Notes: generated by a model from the sequence alone, not told the origin. 64,000 nt of DNA from Bdellovibrionales bacterium (GCA_041662785.1 JBAZRW010000001.1:375768-439767); one strand, 5' to 3'; shown: positions 10,505-20,812, counted from the stretch's first letter. Translations and numbers: made by a program.

Positions 10505-10731
10505 GGGTCCCTTATAAATCCTTTTACGCTTGATGAAAGACAAGATTACCGCCCTTCCCCCTTATGGTAAAGCGGCGCTTTGCAAGCCCTTGTCTCGCCC
10601 CTTCTTTTCTGCGCCATCTTGTGCCTGAACACAAGCGTAACCGCCGATTTGTATGCTGTCGTTAGAGTATCTTTAAGGCTTTTTCTTGTACAAACGAAGG
10701 GTCTTGTCGCACTCGAAAAGCGGTTTTTGTC

Positions 10732-11721
10732 ATGCCTGCTCAATCCAAACTCTTCTTCCTTGCGATTTTTTGGGGCGGCGCTTTTTTGCCCCTGTGCACG
10801 ACCCTCTATTTTGCGCCCGAAGACGCCTTCCTTAAAACCGCGCCCCTTCTTGTTCTTGCCTTGGCAGGGATAAGCTGGCTGGGCGCAAGGCGCTGCGAAA
10901 CCACCATGGCCAAAGAGGCCACGACCCTATGCACCGCCGCAGGGCAAGAAAAAACAGCCTCCCTTTTGGCTAAAGTCGCCCTTGCGCAAAGCGGCTTGGT
11001 TGAAAGCGCCAAATCCCTTGTCAAACTGACCGACGACCATCAACAGCGCGCAACAAACTCAACCTCATCGGCGGCACTGGCCACGGAAAGCGCCACCGGC
11101 ATTGCCAGCGCGATTGAGGAAATGAACTCCGCCATTGTCGAGATTGGGAGGCAAGCTGACGAGGCCTCCTCTATCGCGCGGGGCACGGCGGAAAAGGCCA
11201 AGGCCGCCGATGGCGCTGCCAGCGCCCTTTCCGACCAAAGCGACCAAATCCTTTCTATTGTCGAGTTGATCCGCGAGATTGCGGGGCGCACCAACCTGCT
11301 CGCGCTTAATGCCACGATCGAGGCCGCCCGCGCGGGCGAACACGGCAAGGGCTTTGCCGTCGTGGCCAGCGAGGTCAAAAGTTTAGCCCAACAAACGGCG
11401 AACGCCACCACGCAGATTGAGGCACAAATCAACACCGTTCGCGAATCCTCACACGCGATGAAGGCGCAGATGAACGCGATTGAGAGCGCCGTCGATCAAA
11501 TGAACGCGATTACGGGCGCGATTAAATCCGCCCTTCATGAAGAGTCCGCCGCCACGCAAGAAATTGCGCGCGGCGCGTTGCAAACAACCACGGCCACCAC
11601 CGCCGTCACAAATGGCATTTCCCATATGCTCGTTACAACGGAAGAAATCCGCCGCGCCTCAACCGCCCTTGGCGAAGAGGCTTCATCGCTAACGGAAAAG
11701 CTGAAGGAACCCTCGGCCTAA
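10732..11721 (+). CDS. Methyl-accepting chemotaxis protein, short form (329 aa)
   Basis: Two N-terminal TM segments followed by the MCP signalling hairpin [35 protein letters not shown]. Confidence 0.8.
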   Translation: MPAQSKLFFLAIFWGGAFLPLCTTLYFAPEDAFLKTAPLLVLALAGISWLGARRCETTMAKEATTLCTAAGQEKTASLLAKVALAQSGLVESAKSLVKLTDDHQQRATNSTSSAALATESATGIASAIEEMNSAIVEIGRQADEASSIARGTAEKAKAADGAASALSDQSDQILSIVELIREIAGRTNLLALNATIEAARAGEHGKGFAVVASEVKSLAQQTANATTQIEAQINTVRESSHAMKAQMNAIESAVDQMNAITGAIKSALHEESAATQEIARGALQTTTATTAVTNGISHMLVTTEEIRRASTALGEEASSLTEKLKEPSA

Positions 11722-11780
11722 GCAGCCTCCCTGCTCCCAACAAAAAAGGCCTCGCGCCGCCACGATGCCCCTTCTTCCCT

Positions 11781-11815
11781 GAATGCCGAATGCCGAATGC
11801 CGAATCCTGAATGCC
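11781..11815. repeat. Tandem heptamer tract (GAATGCC x3, GAATCCT, GAATGCC)
   Basis: Read directly from the sequence. The reverse-complement heptamer family (GGATTCA/GGATTCG) recurs inside mnmE at 36535-36562. Confidence 0.8.
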
Positions 11816-12045
11816 CCCTGCCTCCCGAAGCTTTAGCGTAGGGAGGTGACTTCGGACACAGCTCCGCGTAGTAATGTCAATAGCAGAATCGTCCCCACGA
11901 GTCAATGAAAAAACACAGTTAACGTGATTTTTCTTTTCTTTTCCCGTCAAGGGCTTATCCGGCAGAGGCTCAAAAGGATTCAAAAACGGTTTTTCCTCCC
12001 CCGTTTTTTCTGTCCGGTTTATATTGGCTGGGCGCTATTTCATGG

Positions 12046-12073
12046 TTGACCCGCGCCAGAAGGACGCTATGAT
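12046..12073 (+). promoter_or_regulatory. Candidate sigma70-type promoter for tRNA-Leu
   Basis: TTGACC, a 16-nt spacer, then TATGAT, about 40 nt upstream of the tRNA 5' end. Confidence 0.35.
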
Positions 12074-12113
12074 CCCCCTCGCTTTCATGTTTGGAAACAA
12101 ACACGCATGACAG

Positions 12114-12200
12114 GCCCCAGTGGCGGAATTGGTAGACGCGGCAGACTCAAAATCTGTTACTTGCAAGGGTGTGGGGGTTCAAGTCCCTCCTGGGGCACCA
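12114..12200 (+). tRNA. tRNA-Leu (anticodon CAA)
   Basis: Acceptor stem GCCCCAG/CTGGGGC, anticodon loop CTCAAAA, long variable arm, T-loop GGTTCAAGTCC, encoded CCA. Confidence 0.9.
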
Positions 12201-12266
12201 TCTTATTAGGCCAGCAAGTAGTTTTCGAACCGTTCCTTTTTCAGATACGGGTTCAAACGAGCAGTT

Positions 12267-12866
12267 ATGGAAACCAAAGACATTCTGGGCGCATTGGCCG
12301 CCATTCTTGGCGTGATTGGTTTTATTCCTTATTGTTGGTCAATCTATCAAAGAAAAACAAAGCCGCACGTTTTTTCGTGGATACCGTGGTTTATTACAAC
12401 TGCTGTTGCGTTCGTCGGGCAAATTGTTGAGCATGGTGGGGCTGGAACATGGGCAACGGGAACGTCAGCCTTCTTTTCTTTTGTCATCATGTTGGTGTCA
12501 TTTTTTCTTGGCGAGAAAAACATCACGCGAAGCGACTGGATTTCTTTTATTCTTTCTCTTGCAACAATACCTCTTTGGATAGCGACAAAAGAGCCTCTTT
12601 ATTCAGTTGTTCTGGCGACACTTATCAATCAACTGGCCTGTTTCCCGACGCTACGAAAATCGTGGCATAAGCCAGACGAAGAAAACGGAAGCATGTATGT
12701 GCTGCTGACGGTGCGTTCGGCTCTATCTTTGATGGCACTGGAAAACCTAGTTATCGTTACATTTCTGTTTCCCCTTTTTCAGCTTTTATCAAACACCGTT
12801 ATCTTTGTAACCATTTTTGGACGTCGCGCTGCCTTGCCTCCATACAAACAATCCTTAAAATCCTAA
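12267..12866 (+). CDS. Hypothetical polytopic membrane protein (199 aa)
   Basis: About 6 hydrophobic segments. Visibly AT-richer than the flanks. No family recognised. Confidence 0.55.
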   Translation: METKDILGALAAILGVIGFIPYCWSIYQRKTKPHVFSWIPWFITTAVAFVGQIVEHGGAGTWATGTSAFFSFVIMLVSFFLGEKNITRSDWISFILSLATIPLWIATKEPLYSVVLATLINQLACFPTLRKSWHKPDEENGSMYVLLTVRSALSLMALENLVIVTFLFPLFQLLSNTVIFVTIFGRRAALPPYKQSLKS

Positions 12867-13117
12867 CGATTTGAATCCGCGAGTGGACCATGACCTCGCC
12901 CCGCGCTAAAAACTTACCGCATTCATCGACGGCTTATTTTGCTGAAGATTATGCCGGATTGTGCCCCAATCGGCCAACGCGTTAAGCCCTTCCTCGACCT
13001 CATAGCGGTTCGAGGTTGCTCCTTTGCGGCACACTAGACTATAAGAACCAGCAAGGGTTTATCGAAGCGCTCAATAAGAACGAGCAAGCACAACGCTAAC
13101 CTGAAAGGATTTGGTTT

Positions 13118-13600
13118 ATGGCTCTTTGTCCCTGCTGTTCCGGCTATGCGTTCGAAGAGTGTTGCGCGTCCATCCTCGCGGGGACTCCGGCTCCGACAGT
13201 GGTGGCGCTTATGCGCTCACGTTACACGGCATATGTTACAGGGAACATTGATTATATCGAGCAAACCTGCGCCAGAAACGCGCGCGAGGAGTTCAATTGC
13301 CCAGAAGTTGAAAGATACATTGATGAGATGGATTGGCAAGGGCTGGACATTCTGCGCGTCACAGAAGGGGGCGCTGAAGATGAACGTGGTTTCGTCGATT
13401 TTGCCTTCCATCTTAAGCATAAAGGCAAGCCCTACACACAGCGCGAAATCGCGACGTTCGAACGGATCGATGGGCGCTGGTATTATACTGACAGCGAGGT
13501 AAACCCTAAAGGGAAAACGGTTCACGCTGAGAAAATCGGACGAAACGATCCCTGTCCTTGTGGGTCGGAAAAAAAATATAAGAAATGCTGCGGAAGCTGA
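13118..13600 (+). CDS. YchJ-family (UPF0225) protein with SEC-C motifs
   Basis: N-terminal CPCCSG and C-terminal [23 protein letters not shown] metal-binding motifs flank an NTF2-like core. Confidence 0.8.
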   Translation: MALCPCCSGYAFEECCASILAGTPAPTVVALMRSRYTAYVTGNIDYIEQTCARNAREEFNCPEVERYIDEMDWQGLDILRVTEGGAEDERGFVDFAFHLKHKGKPYTQREIATFERIDGRWYYTDSEVNPKGKTVHAEKIGRNDPCPCGSEKKYKKCCGS

Positions 13601-13624
13601 CTCACAACAACGGAGCCGTCGCCT

Positions 13625-14386
13625 GTGCCTGAACAACGATTCAACTGTACAGCTTGCGGCAAGTGTTGTTACGGTTTGCTGCCGCTGACCCTTGAAGATG
13701 CGTTCGCAAATGCCTGCCGGTTTCCTTTGGCTATGGCGTGGATGCCTGTGCGACAGGCCAGCCGATCTTACGAAATGTATGCCAAACTGGGCGCCATCAT
13801 TCAACTTCCCGGCCAGAAGGTGGCAACCTTAATTGCGCCCGTGGCCTATATTCCCCCGTCGCTCTCTTGCCCTTCTTTATCGCCAGAGAATCTTTGTTCG
13901 ATACATGAAAGCAAGCCGCTTAGGTGTAGGACCATGCCTTTCTATCCATATCGGGAGGAGAGAGATCAAAGCGATATCCTTGTTCCACGCAAAGGTTGGC
14001 TATGCGATACATCCCCGTTGGCTCCACCTATCTACAGAGACAGAAAGATTATCGACATCACCTCTTTTGATCTTGAGCGAAAGGCTCTGCTTAAAGACGC
14101 CCCCATCTTAAGCGCCTACGCCGCCCGATTGCTTATGCAAAATCATGTTGTCATGAAAATGTTGATCGACACAGCAACAAGGCAAGCGGCCGGTCAGTTT
14201 GTCGTGAGCTTTTATTCCTTTCTTCGCCTGAATAAGAAATACGACCTGATTGCGTTTGCAAAAAAACAAACCCCCGTCCTAAAAGAATTTTCCGAAAAAA
14301 CGGCAGCCATGCCGGCTCTTGCCGTGTTTCATAAGTACTATCATGCAGCAGCAGAGGAGCTGGGGTGGTTTGCTCGTGAGGGATAA
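13625..14386 (+). CDS. YkgJ-family cysteine-cluster protein (253 aa)
   Basis: N-terminal CTACGKCC (CxxCxxCC) signature and a later C...C pair. GTG start. Confidence 0.65.
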   Translation: MPEQRFNCTACGKCCYGLLPLTLEDAFANACRFPLAMAWMPVRQASRSYEMYAKLGAIIQLPGQKVATLIAPVAYIPPSLSCPSLSPENLCSIHESKPLRCRTMPFYPYREERDQSDILVPRKGWLCDTSPLAPPIYRDRKIIDITSFDLERKALLKDAPILSAYAARLLMQNHVVMKMLIDTATRQAAGQFVVSFYSFLRLNKKYDLIAFAKKQTPVLKEFSEKTAAMPALAVFHKYYHAAAEELGWFAREG

Positions 14387-14545
14387 TATCAAGCGGCCTG
14401 TGCTCTGATGCCTTAAAAAACAAAAAAAGGGGGCGTCCGGCTTTTCGCCCGTAACAAAGGCACAGCCTCGCCAAGGCTACGACGGGGGGCTCTCTCTGAC
14501 ACAACAACAATAATGATGATACGGGCGGCAGGAAAAGAAGAAAAA

Positions 14546-14621
<76 letters not shown>

Positions 14622-14735
14622 ACATTTTTCTTACGTTCTCGCTTTTTCTTTCACAAAAAAATCAAAGCGAGGCGGCTTTAATACCCCTAATACCCCGCCT
14701 TTGCAAGGCCTGTCTCGCCTTAAAACAAGAAAAAA

Positions 14736-14757
14736 GGACGGGGATTGCGCCCCGCCC
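14736..14757 (-). terminator. Putative terminator downstream of porin 1
   Basis: CGGGG-ATTGCG-CCCCG hairpin flanked by A-run and T-run, about 30 nt past the stop at 14788. Confidence 0.45.
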
Positions 14758-14787
14758 TTTTCTTTTTCATCGTGCTTACAAAAAGCC

Positions 14788-15906
14788 TTAGAACGCCATC
14801 TTTTGCGTGAGCATCAAGACGTGGCCTTCGTTGCCCTTTGTCGTGCCACCGCGATCTTGGTTAAAGAAGACCGCATCGGCCGCCGTGGTCAAGCCCGGAA
14901 CCCATTTGTACGTCGCGCCAAAACCAACCGCATTGAAGCCTTCGACATAGTCATTTGAGCCCAACAGGCCGTTATAATAGCCTTCGCCGCTCATAAAGTT
15001 GGTGGCCAAAGCAACCTTGTCAATTTCATAGCCTAGGCCAACTGTCCAAACGTCTTGGTCAAGATCTTGCCCTGGGGCCGAACCCTTGTGACCCGCATCA
15101 ACATAGGAACCACCAAACGTGAGCCCTGCATATAGCGCCTGAGCGCCCACACCCCACATCGTGTAATCACGGTTGGTGCTGGCTGTTTTATCGCCTTCGC
15201 CCTCGCCTGTGGCAATCATGGGCGTCACGACAACGCTGACAGGGGCAATCGTTCCGGTGTATTGGGCTGTGGCTTCAACTTGATTTTTATAGCCGTCGGT
15301 GCGCTCATACAGGGATGCGACTGTACCTTGCCTGTCTTCTGCCGTGTAGCTAACGCCAAGCTGAACCTTGTGGCTCGCCGTTCCAACCTTGGGCGTGAAG
15401 TAGGTAACCTTGGTGTCGTTTTCCGTATCGTCAAAATAGGTTGGTTTGAACTCGGCCAAGGTTGCCTCGTCCGTAAAATTGGTATAAGAACCATCCATTT
15501 GGCCTTCCCCAACCGTGGGCGCCATCACAAAGAGGCTGCTCGCGCCAAGTTCGTCACCCATAATAAGCTTACCAAACGCGCTAGAAACCCAAACATAGGC
15601 CTGATTCATCGCAATGCCGTATTGATTGCCATCAACCAGCTTCTGGTCGTTATTAAGATCGAGCAGTGCGCCATATTCGATGCCACCGGCCGCTTTGCCT
15701 TCGGCCGCGATGGTCAAGGCGTATTCGGTTTGAAAGTCGCCATGACGACGGGAACCCTCTTCGGTCGCAATCTTGTTTCCTTCATGAAACAACGCTGCAC
15801 GGAAATCAACGCTACCCCCAAGGGTAACCTGAATGGGGGATTCTGCCGCTTCGGCAACGCCAGCAAAAGCGATGAGCGCGGTTGTGGCCAAAAGGATCTT
15901 ACGCAT
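14788..15906 (-). CDS. Outer-membrane porin (alphaproteobacterial porin family), paralog 1
   Basis: Signal peptide MRKILLATTALIAFAGVAEA. Alternating beta-strand pattern and C-terminal ...LMLTQKMAF. Confidence 0.8.
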   Translation of the reverse strand: MRKILLATTALIAFAGVAEAAESPIQVTLGGSVDFRAALFHEGNKIATEEGSRRHGDFQTEYALTIAAEGKAAGGIEYGALLDLNNDQKLVDGNQYGIAMNQAYVWVSSAFGKLIMGDELGASSLFVMAPTVGEGQMDGSYTNFTDEATLAEFKPTYFDDTENDTKVTYFTPKVGTASHKVQLGVSYTAEDRQGTVASLYERTDGYKNQVEATAQYTGTIAPVSVVVTPMIATGEGEGDKTASTNRDYTMWGVGAQALYAGLTFGGSYVDAGHKGSAPGQDLDQDVWTVGLGYEIDKVALATNFMSGEGYYNGLLGSNDYVEGFNAVGFGATYKWVPGLTTAADAVFFNQDRGGTTKGNEGHVLMLTQKMAF

Positions 15907-16072
15907 GGGGTCTCTCCTTAATAAAAAATGATATGTTTTATTTGCGCCGTCTCGTCTTTAAGCTCAAGCCCAATCTTCTTTTTGCTTATTTTTAGCGGAA
16001 GCCTGTTGCACAACACCAACACAGGCCTTTGCCCTTGCTGGCGTGTGAGCGTTCGATTAACGCAAAGAAAAA

Positions 16073-16094
16073 GGGCGGGGATTTCTCCCCGCCC
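16073..16094 (-). terminator. Putative intrinsic terminator downstream of porin 2
   Basis: GGGCGGGGA-TTTC-TCCCCGCCC 9-bp GC hairpin flanked by A-run and T-run. Confidence 0.6.
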
Positions 16095-16134
16095 TTCTCT
16101 TTACTTTTAGCTGTTCGCTATAGAGTGTCGTTTA

Positions 16135-17268
16135 TTAGAACGACATCTTTTGCGTGAGCATCAGCACTTGGCCAACATTGTCAGATGTCGCATCTTTACG
16201 CGATTGGTCAAAGAAGACCGCATCGGCTGCCGTGGTCAAACCAGGGAACCATGTGTAGGTCGCGCCCAAGCCGACGGCTGAGAACGAGTCAACATAAACG
16301 CTATCAGCACCATCAAGAACATTGAAGTAGCCTTCGCCGTCCATGTAGTTTGCGGCCAGTTCAACCTTATCAAAGCCAGTGTACTTCAGGCCAATCGTCC
16401 AAACGTCTTGGTTTTCTTCTTGACCCATGGTCGTGGTCATGTGACCCGCGTCAACATAAGAACCGCCAAGAGTGAAGGCGGCATATTTGGCGTCAGCACC
16501 AACGCCCCAAGCCGTAAAATCACGGACAGTCAATGAAGCTTTGTCGCCCTGACCTTCGCCCACGATCAACATCGGCGATACAGTTACGCTAACAGGCTTA
16601 AAGTCACCCGTGTATTGGACGACGGTTTCAACGAGATTTTCATACCCGCCCGCTGTTGTAGGCTCATACGAAGAGGAAACCGTACCTTGTTCGTTTTCTG
16701 CAGCGTAGCTTACGCCCAACTGAACCTTGTGATTGGCATTGCCAACCTTAGGTGTGTAATAGGTCACCTTGGTGTAGGATTCCGTGTTGCTGAAGAAAGT
16801 AGGCTTGAACTCGGCCAAAGTGTTCGCGTCCGTGAAGTTCGTGTAGTTACCAGCGATTTGGCCTTCACCAACCGTCGGAGCCATCACGAACAGATCGCTT
16901 GCGCCACGTTCGTCACCCATCAAGACCTTACCAAAAGCTCCTGACATCCAGACATAAGCATATTGAGCGGCAACGCCATATTGGTCTGTACCAACGCGGG
17001 CTTGGCCGTTGTCAAGGTTAATCAAAGCGCCGTAGTCGATGCCACCGGCGGCTTTGCCTGTCGCTGCGATCGTAAGGTCATATTCGGACTGGAAGTCGCC
17101 GTTGCGACGAACTGTTTCACCCGTGGCCATAACCTTGTCAGATTCATGGAACAGAGCGGCGCGGAAATCAACGCTACCGCCAAGTGTAACTTGGATTGGT
17201 GATTCCGCGGCTTGAGCAGCGCCAGCGAAAGCGACGAGAGCCGTAGAGGCCAGAAGAATTTTACGCAT
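16135..17268 (-). CDS. Outer-membrane porin, paralog 2
   Basis: Signal peptide MRKILLASTALVAFAGAAQA. The N- and C-terminal thirds are nearly collinear with paralog 1, ending ...LMLTQKMSF. Confidence 0.8.
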   Translation of the reverse strand: MRKILLASTALVAFAGAAQAAESPIQVTLGGSVDFRAALFHESDKVMATGETVRRNGDFQSEYDLTIAATGKAAGGIDYGALINLDNGQARVGTDQYGVAAQYAYVWMSGAFGKVLMGDERGASDLFVMAPTVGEGQIAGNYTNFTDANTLAEFKPTFFSNTESYTKVTYYTPKVGNANHKVQLGVSYAAENEQGTVSSSYEPTTAGGYENLVETVVQYTGDFKPVSVTVSPMLIVGEGQGDKASLTVRDFTAWGVGADAKYAAFTLGGSYVDAGHMTTTMGQEENQDVWTIGLKYTGFDKVELAANYMDGEGYFNVLDGADSVYVDSFSAVGLGATYTWFPGLTTAADAVFFDQSRKDATSDNVGQVLMLTQKMSF

Positions 17269-17526
17269 GTGGTATCCCCCTCATGGATGGACTTAGTGTT
17301 AAGAAAACTGACTGTGAGGGCGGATCGCCCCGTCAGAAGTGAATTTGAACCAACGCCCTTGCACAGACAAGCAGGAAATACCTTTTTTGCCGACTCACCA
17401 CAAACCTGTGGCACAAAGGCAACAAACGCGTTAACCATCGATTCCCTTGCAACGCCTTGTTTTTTCGCGCATAACGATAGAAAATAGCCTTCGCAATTCC
17501 TTAACTTTTGATCGGGAGCGACCCCC

Positions 17527-18081
17527 ATGTCTTATCGCCCTTTTTCTTTTTGTAGCCCCAGCTTGTTCAAAAAGGCCGCTTTTCTAGGGCTTTTCTTGGT
17601 TTTTCTTGTTGGATGCTCAGAGACAGGCCTTCAAACCGACGCCACCTATAAAGATAAAACACAGGAAGAGATGTACCGCTATGGCTCCTTGGCAAGCGAT
17701 AAAGGCGGCATTGATATTTTGGGAAGCGCCGACAAGAAAAAGGATCAAACGGGTCTAGGCGTCAACGGTTTTCTATGGAGGGCCACGCTGGACACCCTTT
17801 CTTTTATGCCGATTGCCTCGGCCGATCCGTTTGGTGGTGTGATCACCACGGACTGGTATGCCGCGCCAGACGCGCCCAACGAACGCGCCAAGATCAATGT
17901 TTTCATTCTTGATCGTGACCTGCGCGCCGATGGCGTGAAGGTGTCCGTTTTCCGCCAAACGAAGGGCGTTGATGGCCAGTGGGCCGATGCCGCCGTTGTG
18001 CCTTCGACCGCCAGCTCTCTTGAAGAAACCATTCTGACCCGCGCACGGCAAATGCGGCTGGCTCAAAAGGAAATGAAATAG
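17527..18081 (+). CDS. DUF3576-like lipoprotein (184 aa)
   Basis: Lipobox FLVGC|S and conserved core FLWRATLDTLSFMPIASADPFGGVITTDWY. Confidence 0.65.
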   Translation: MSYRPFSFCSPSLFKKAAFLGLFLVFLVGCSETGLQTDATYKDKTQEEMYRYGSLASDKGGIDILGSADKKKDQTGLGVNGFLWRATLDTLSFMPIASADPFGGVITTDWYAAPDAPNERAKINVFILDRDLRADGVKVSVFRQTKGVDGQWADAAVVPSTASSLEETILTRARQMRLAQKEMK

Positions 18082-18102
18082 GGAGAGAGGGAGGGGGCGG
18101 CT

Positions 18103-20631
18103 CTATCCCTGCATAATGGTCGCAAGATCGCCCGCCATGTCGCCTGTCCCCAAGGAGAGGCGCTCTTCAAGCATTTTTTCGACCACGGCCCGCAGGGCTT
18201 CGTCCTCACCTTTTTCAATCAACGACAGGCCTTCTTTGACCATGCCCGCAAAGGCTTCTTTGTCAGCATAAAGCCACGCCTCGCCCTTAAGCCGATTAAA
18301 CCACGCCTTGACATAGGCCGGATTGCGCCACGCAATGGCGAAGAAAAGCCTCTTCATTTGCGAGAGCGCCGTTTGCGTCGCGCCATAGGGGCCTTCCTGC
18401 CGTTCATCAAGCTCTTGTTGCGCGCGCTGCGCGAGGGCGTCGAACGCCTTGTTCTCGGCCTCTTGCGCCCGCGCACGGCTTATGCGGTTATAGGCTGCAA
18501 CAAGTTTGCCCAACCGCCGTTGAAACACGGGGCCTTGATACTTTATCTCAAGCCGCGCCGATTCCTGCCGGATAAACCGCGCCTCTTCGGAAATGCGACG
18601 GACGGTTTCGCCGTCCTCTTTGGACTCTTCTAAAATTTCGGCTTGCTCATCAAGGCGCGTCTTAAGGAGAGCGAGCTCTGGCCCCGTCACAGGGCCAACA
18701 GCGGCCGCTAAATCACCCCAATCCTCTAACGCACGCGTCAAAAGAGCCTTGGTAAAGGCATAACCCTCTTCGCTATCATAGGAAATCTCGGCCGCCTGCG
18801 GCGCATAAAATTGTTTGGCCGGTAAAACCAGCTCGCTAGCAGGAAGCGACACCGAAGCGCGAAGCACGCCCCCACTGTTCATTTGCCAATCGAAAAGGAT
18901 CGGATCGCCAAGACGGATCACCGTCCCCGAGGGAAGATCCGCCCCCTCAATACGCAAGGCCCCGACGCACAGGTTAAGCTCAACCCGTTCGGGATATTCG
19001 ACCTGAAACACCTCAAAGCCAAGGACGCCAGCGCCCCTGGCCCTAAGCATCGCGCCGCTTTTAAGAGAAAGCTGTCCAGAAGCGGGCAGGGGGTCGCCCT
19101 TGTTCACAAGCATAAGGAAGTTGTTTTCCTCGGCCTCGGCTGATTGACGCACTTTCACAGCAATACTGTGCGCGGCGGGCACAGCGGCGGGGGAGGCCAC
19201 AAGACGTGTAATTTTTAGCCGCTCGGCATGATCTTCGAACTGCGCGCCGCTTTCATCCATGACGTGCACGTCAAAAACATTTTCGCCCACCTTCTGCAAG
19301 GGCGCTTCGATGGTTAGCCCTGCCGAAAGGGGAATCATGCCAGAATCCCAGCCTTCCGTCATCAAGCGGATCCGGCGAGCGCCTTTGTCTTGGGCAGAAT
19401 GAACGGTGATAGCCGCTTTATCGTCCGGCGTGCGCGCCTCATAATCAAAGGAGAGGTCAGGAGCCTCTTCCATAACGGCATGCGCTTCCGTTTCTTTTGG
19501 TGTGCTGTTTTCCCATGAAAGGGCATCCTGTGCCGCCGGAAAGGAGCGGCTTTCGCAATAATAGGCCGCGCCCTCGGCAACCGCTGTCATGGGATCCGTT
19601 TTCAGATCCGCCACGATGCCCAGCGTCTCGGTGACCTGCCGACGAATATAGGGAATGCGACTGGGCCCGCCAACAAAAACGATGCGATCAATTTGGTTGG
19701 CCTCAACCTCGTTTTCCGCAAGAAGCGTTACGATTAAATCAAGGGTGTGCTGAACGGGCTTGTGGAGAATTTCTTCAAATTGCGCGCGCGTGATGGGCGC
19801 GTCCAAAAAGATTTCGCACTCGCTTTGATCCAGCAGGCGCACTTCGTCATCCGAGGCAAAAATGGACGCTTCCTCTAGCAACGACAGGTCGATTTTGGCG
19901 CGCTCTGCCGCAAGCTGGGCGATTTGAGCCAAGCGACGATAAGCCGGATCGCGCAAAAAATTATCGGGCAAATCAAAGTTGGCCAAAAGCCAAGGACGCA
20001 CGATTTCATGCACGATCATGCGATCAAAGTCGCGACCGCCCAGCATGTTCACGCCCTGCTGCGCTAGGATTTTAACCTGTCCCTGTGTCGCCTCAACCAG
20101 CGCGACATCAAACGTGCCGCCGCCCAAATCATAGACCAAAAACTTGCCAGAACGCTTGGCCTCCACCATGGAGGCCATAGCCGCCGCGACCGGCTCTTGG
20201 ATTAAATCCACCTGCTCTAGACCTGCCATTTTAGCGGCGCGAAGCGTGGCTTCGGACTGCATTTGATTGAACGAGGCGGGAACCGCGATGACAACGCCAT
20301 CAAACGTGTCCTCTCCCAAATCTGTGCTGGCCTGCCCAATCAATTGGCGAATGATCTCGGCGGTGCATTCTTCAGGCGTCAGTGTTTGTCCCGCCACCGT
20401 GATGGGCGTTGCCGTTCCCATCAGGCGCTTATAGCCCGCCGCGACATTTTCGGGCGCGAGCATGGCTTGGTCATAGGCGCGGCGGCCATAAAGACGGTGG
20501 CCGCGCTTATCGATGTAAATAACGGAAGGGAGCGCGTCCCCACCATCGGCAGGACGAAAGATTTGCGCAGCTCCTTCGGACGCGCCCGCAATCACACTGT
20601 TGGAAGTGCCGAGATCAAGACCAAGATACAT
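18103..20631 (-). CDS. Atypical Hsp70-family protein (842 aa) with a long non-canonical C-terminal region
   Basis: N-terminal actin-like ATPase motifs LGLDLGTSNS, VIAVPASF, VYDLGGGTFDV, VFVGGPSRIP. Residues from about 450 to 842 do not resemble the DnaK lid. Confidence 0.75.
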   Translation of the reverse strand: MYLGLDLGTSNSVIAGASEGAAQIFRPADGGDALPSVIYIDKRGHRLYGRRAYDQAMLAPENVAAGYKRLMGTATPITVAGQTLTPEECTAEIIRQLIGQASTDLGEDTFDGVVIAVPASFNQMQSEATLRAAKMAGLEQVDLIQEPVAAAMASMVEAKRSGKFLVYDLGGGTFDVALVEATQGQVKILAQQGVNMLGGRDFDRMIVHEIVRPWLLANFDLPDNFLRDPAYRRLAQIAQLAAERAKIDLSLLEEASIFASDDEVRLLDQSECEIFLDAPITRAQFEEILHKPVQHTLDLIVTLLAENEVEANQIDRIVFVGGPSRIPYIRRQVTETLGIVADLKTDPMTAVAEGAAYYCESRSFPAAQDALSWENSTPKETEAHAVMEEAPDLSFDYEARTPDDKAAITVHSAQDKGARRIRLMTEGWDSGMIPLSAGLTIEAPLQKVGENVFDVHVMDESGAQFEDHAERLKITRLVASPAAVPAAHSIAVKVRQSAEAEENNFLMLVNKGDPLPASGQLSLKSGAMLRARGAGVLGFEVFQVEYPERVELNLCVGALRIEGADLPSGTVIRLGDPILFDWQMNSGGVLRASVSLPASELVLPAKQFYAPQAAEISYDSEEGYAFTKALLTRALEDWGDLAAAVGPVTGPELALLKTRLDEQAEILEESKEDGETVRRISEEARFIRQESARLEIKYQGPVFQRRLGKLVAAYNRISRARAQEAENKAFDALAQRAQQELDERQEGPYGATQTALSQMKRLFFAIAWRNPAYVKAWFNRLKGEAWLYADKEAFAGMVKEGLSLIEKGEDEALRAVVEKMLEERLSLGTGDMAGDLATIMQG

Positions 20632-20812
20632 GGGCTCACTATACCCCCAGATAAATTAAAAAAGCTTTGGCTTTTCGTTACGAAGAGGTAAAGCAAGCCG
20701 TTATGGTTAATGCAAGCCCATGAAAACAATAAAGGTTCTTTTTGCGCGGGCCGTGTCTACGCCGTCCTACGCATAAGCCTCTTCTTTTTTATGAAACCCC
20801 GATGATCCCGCC

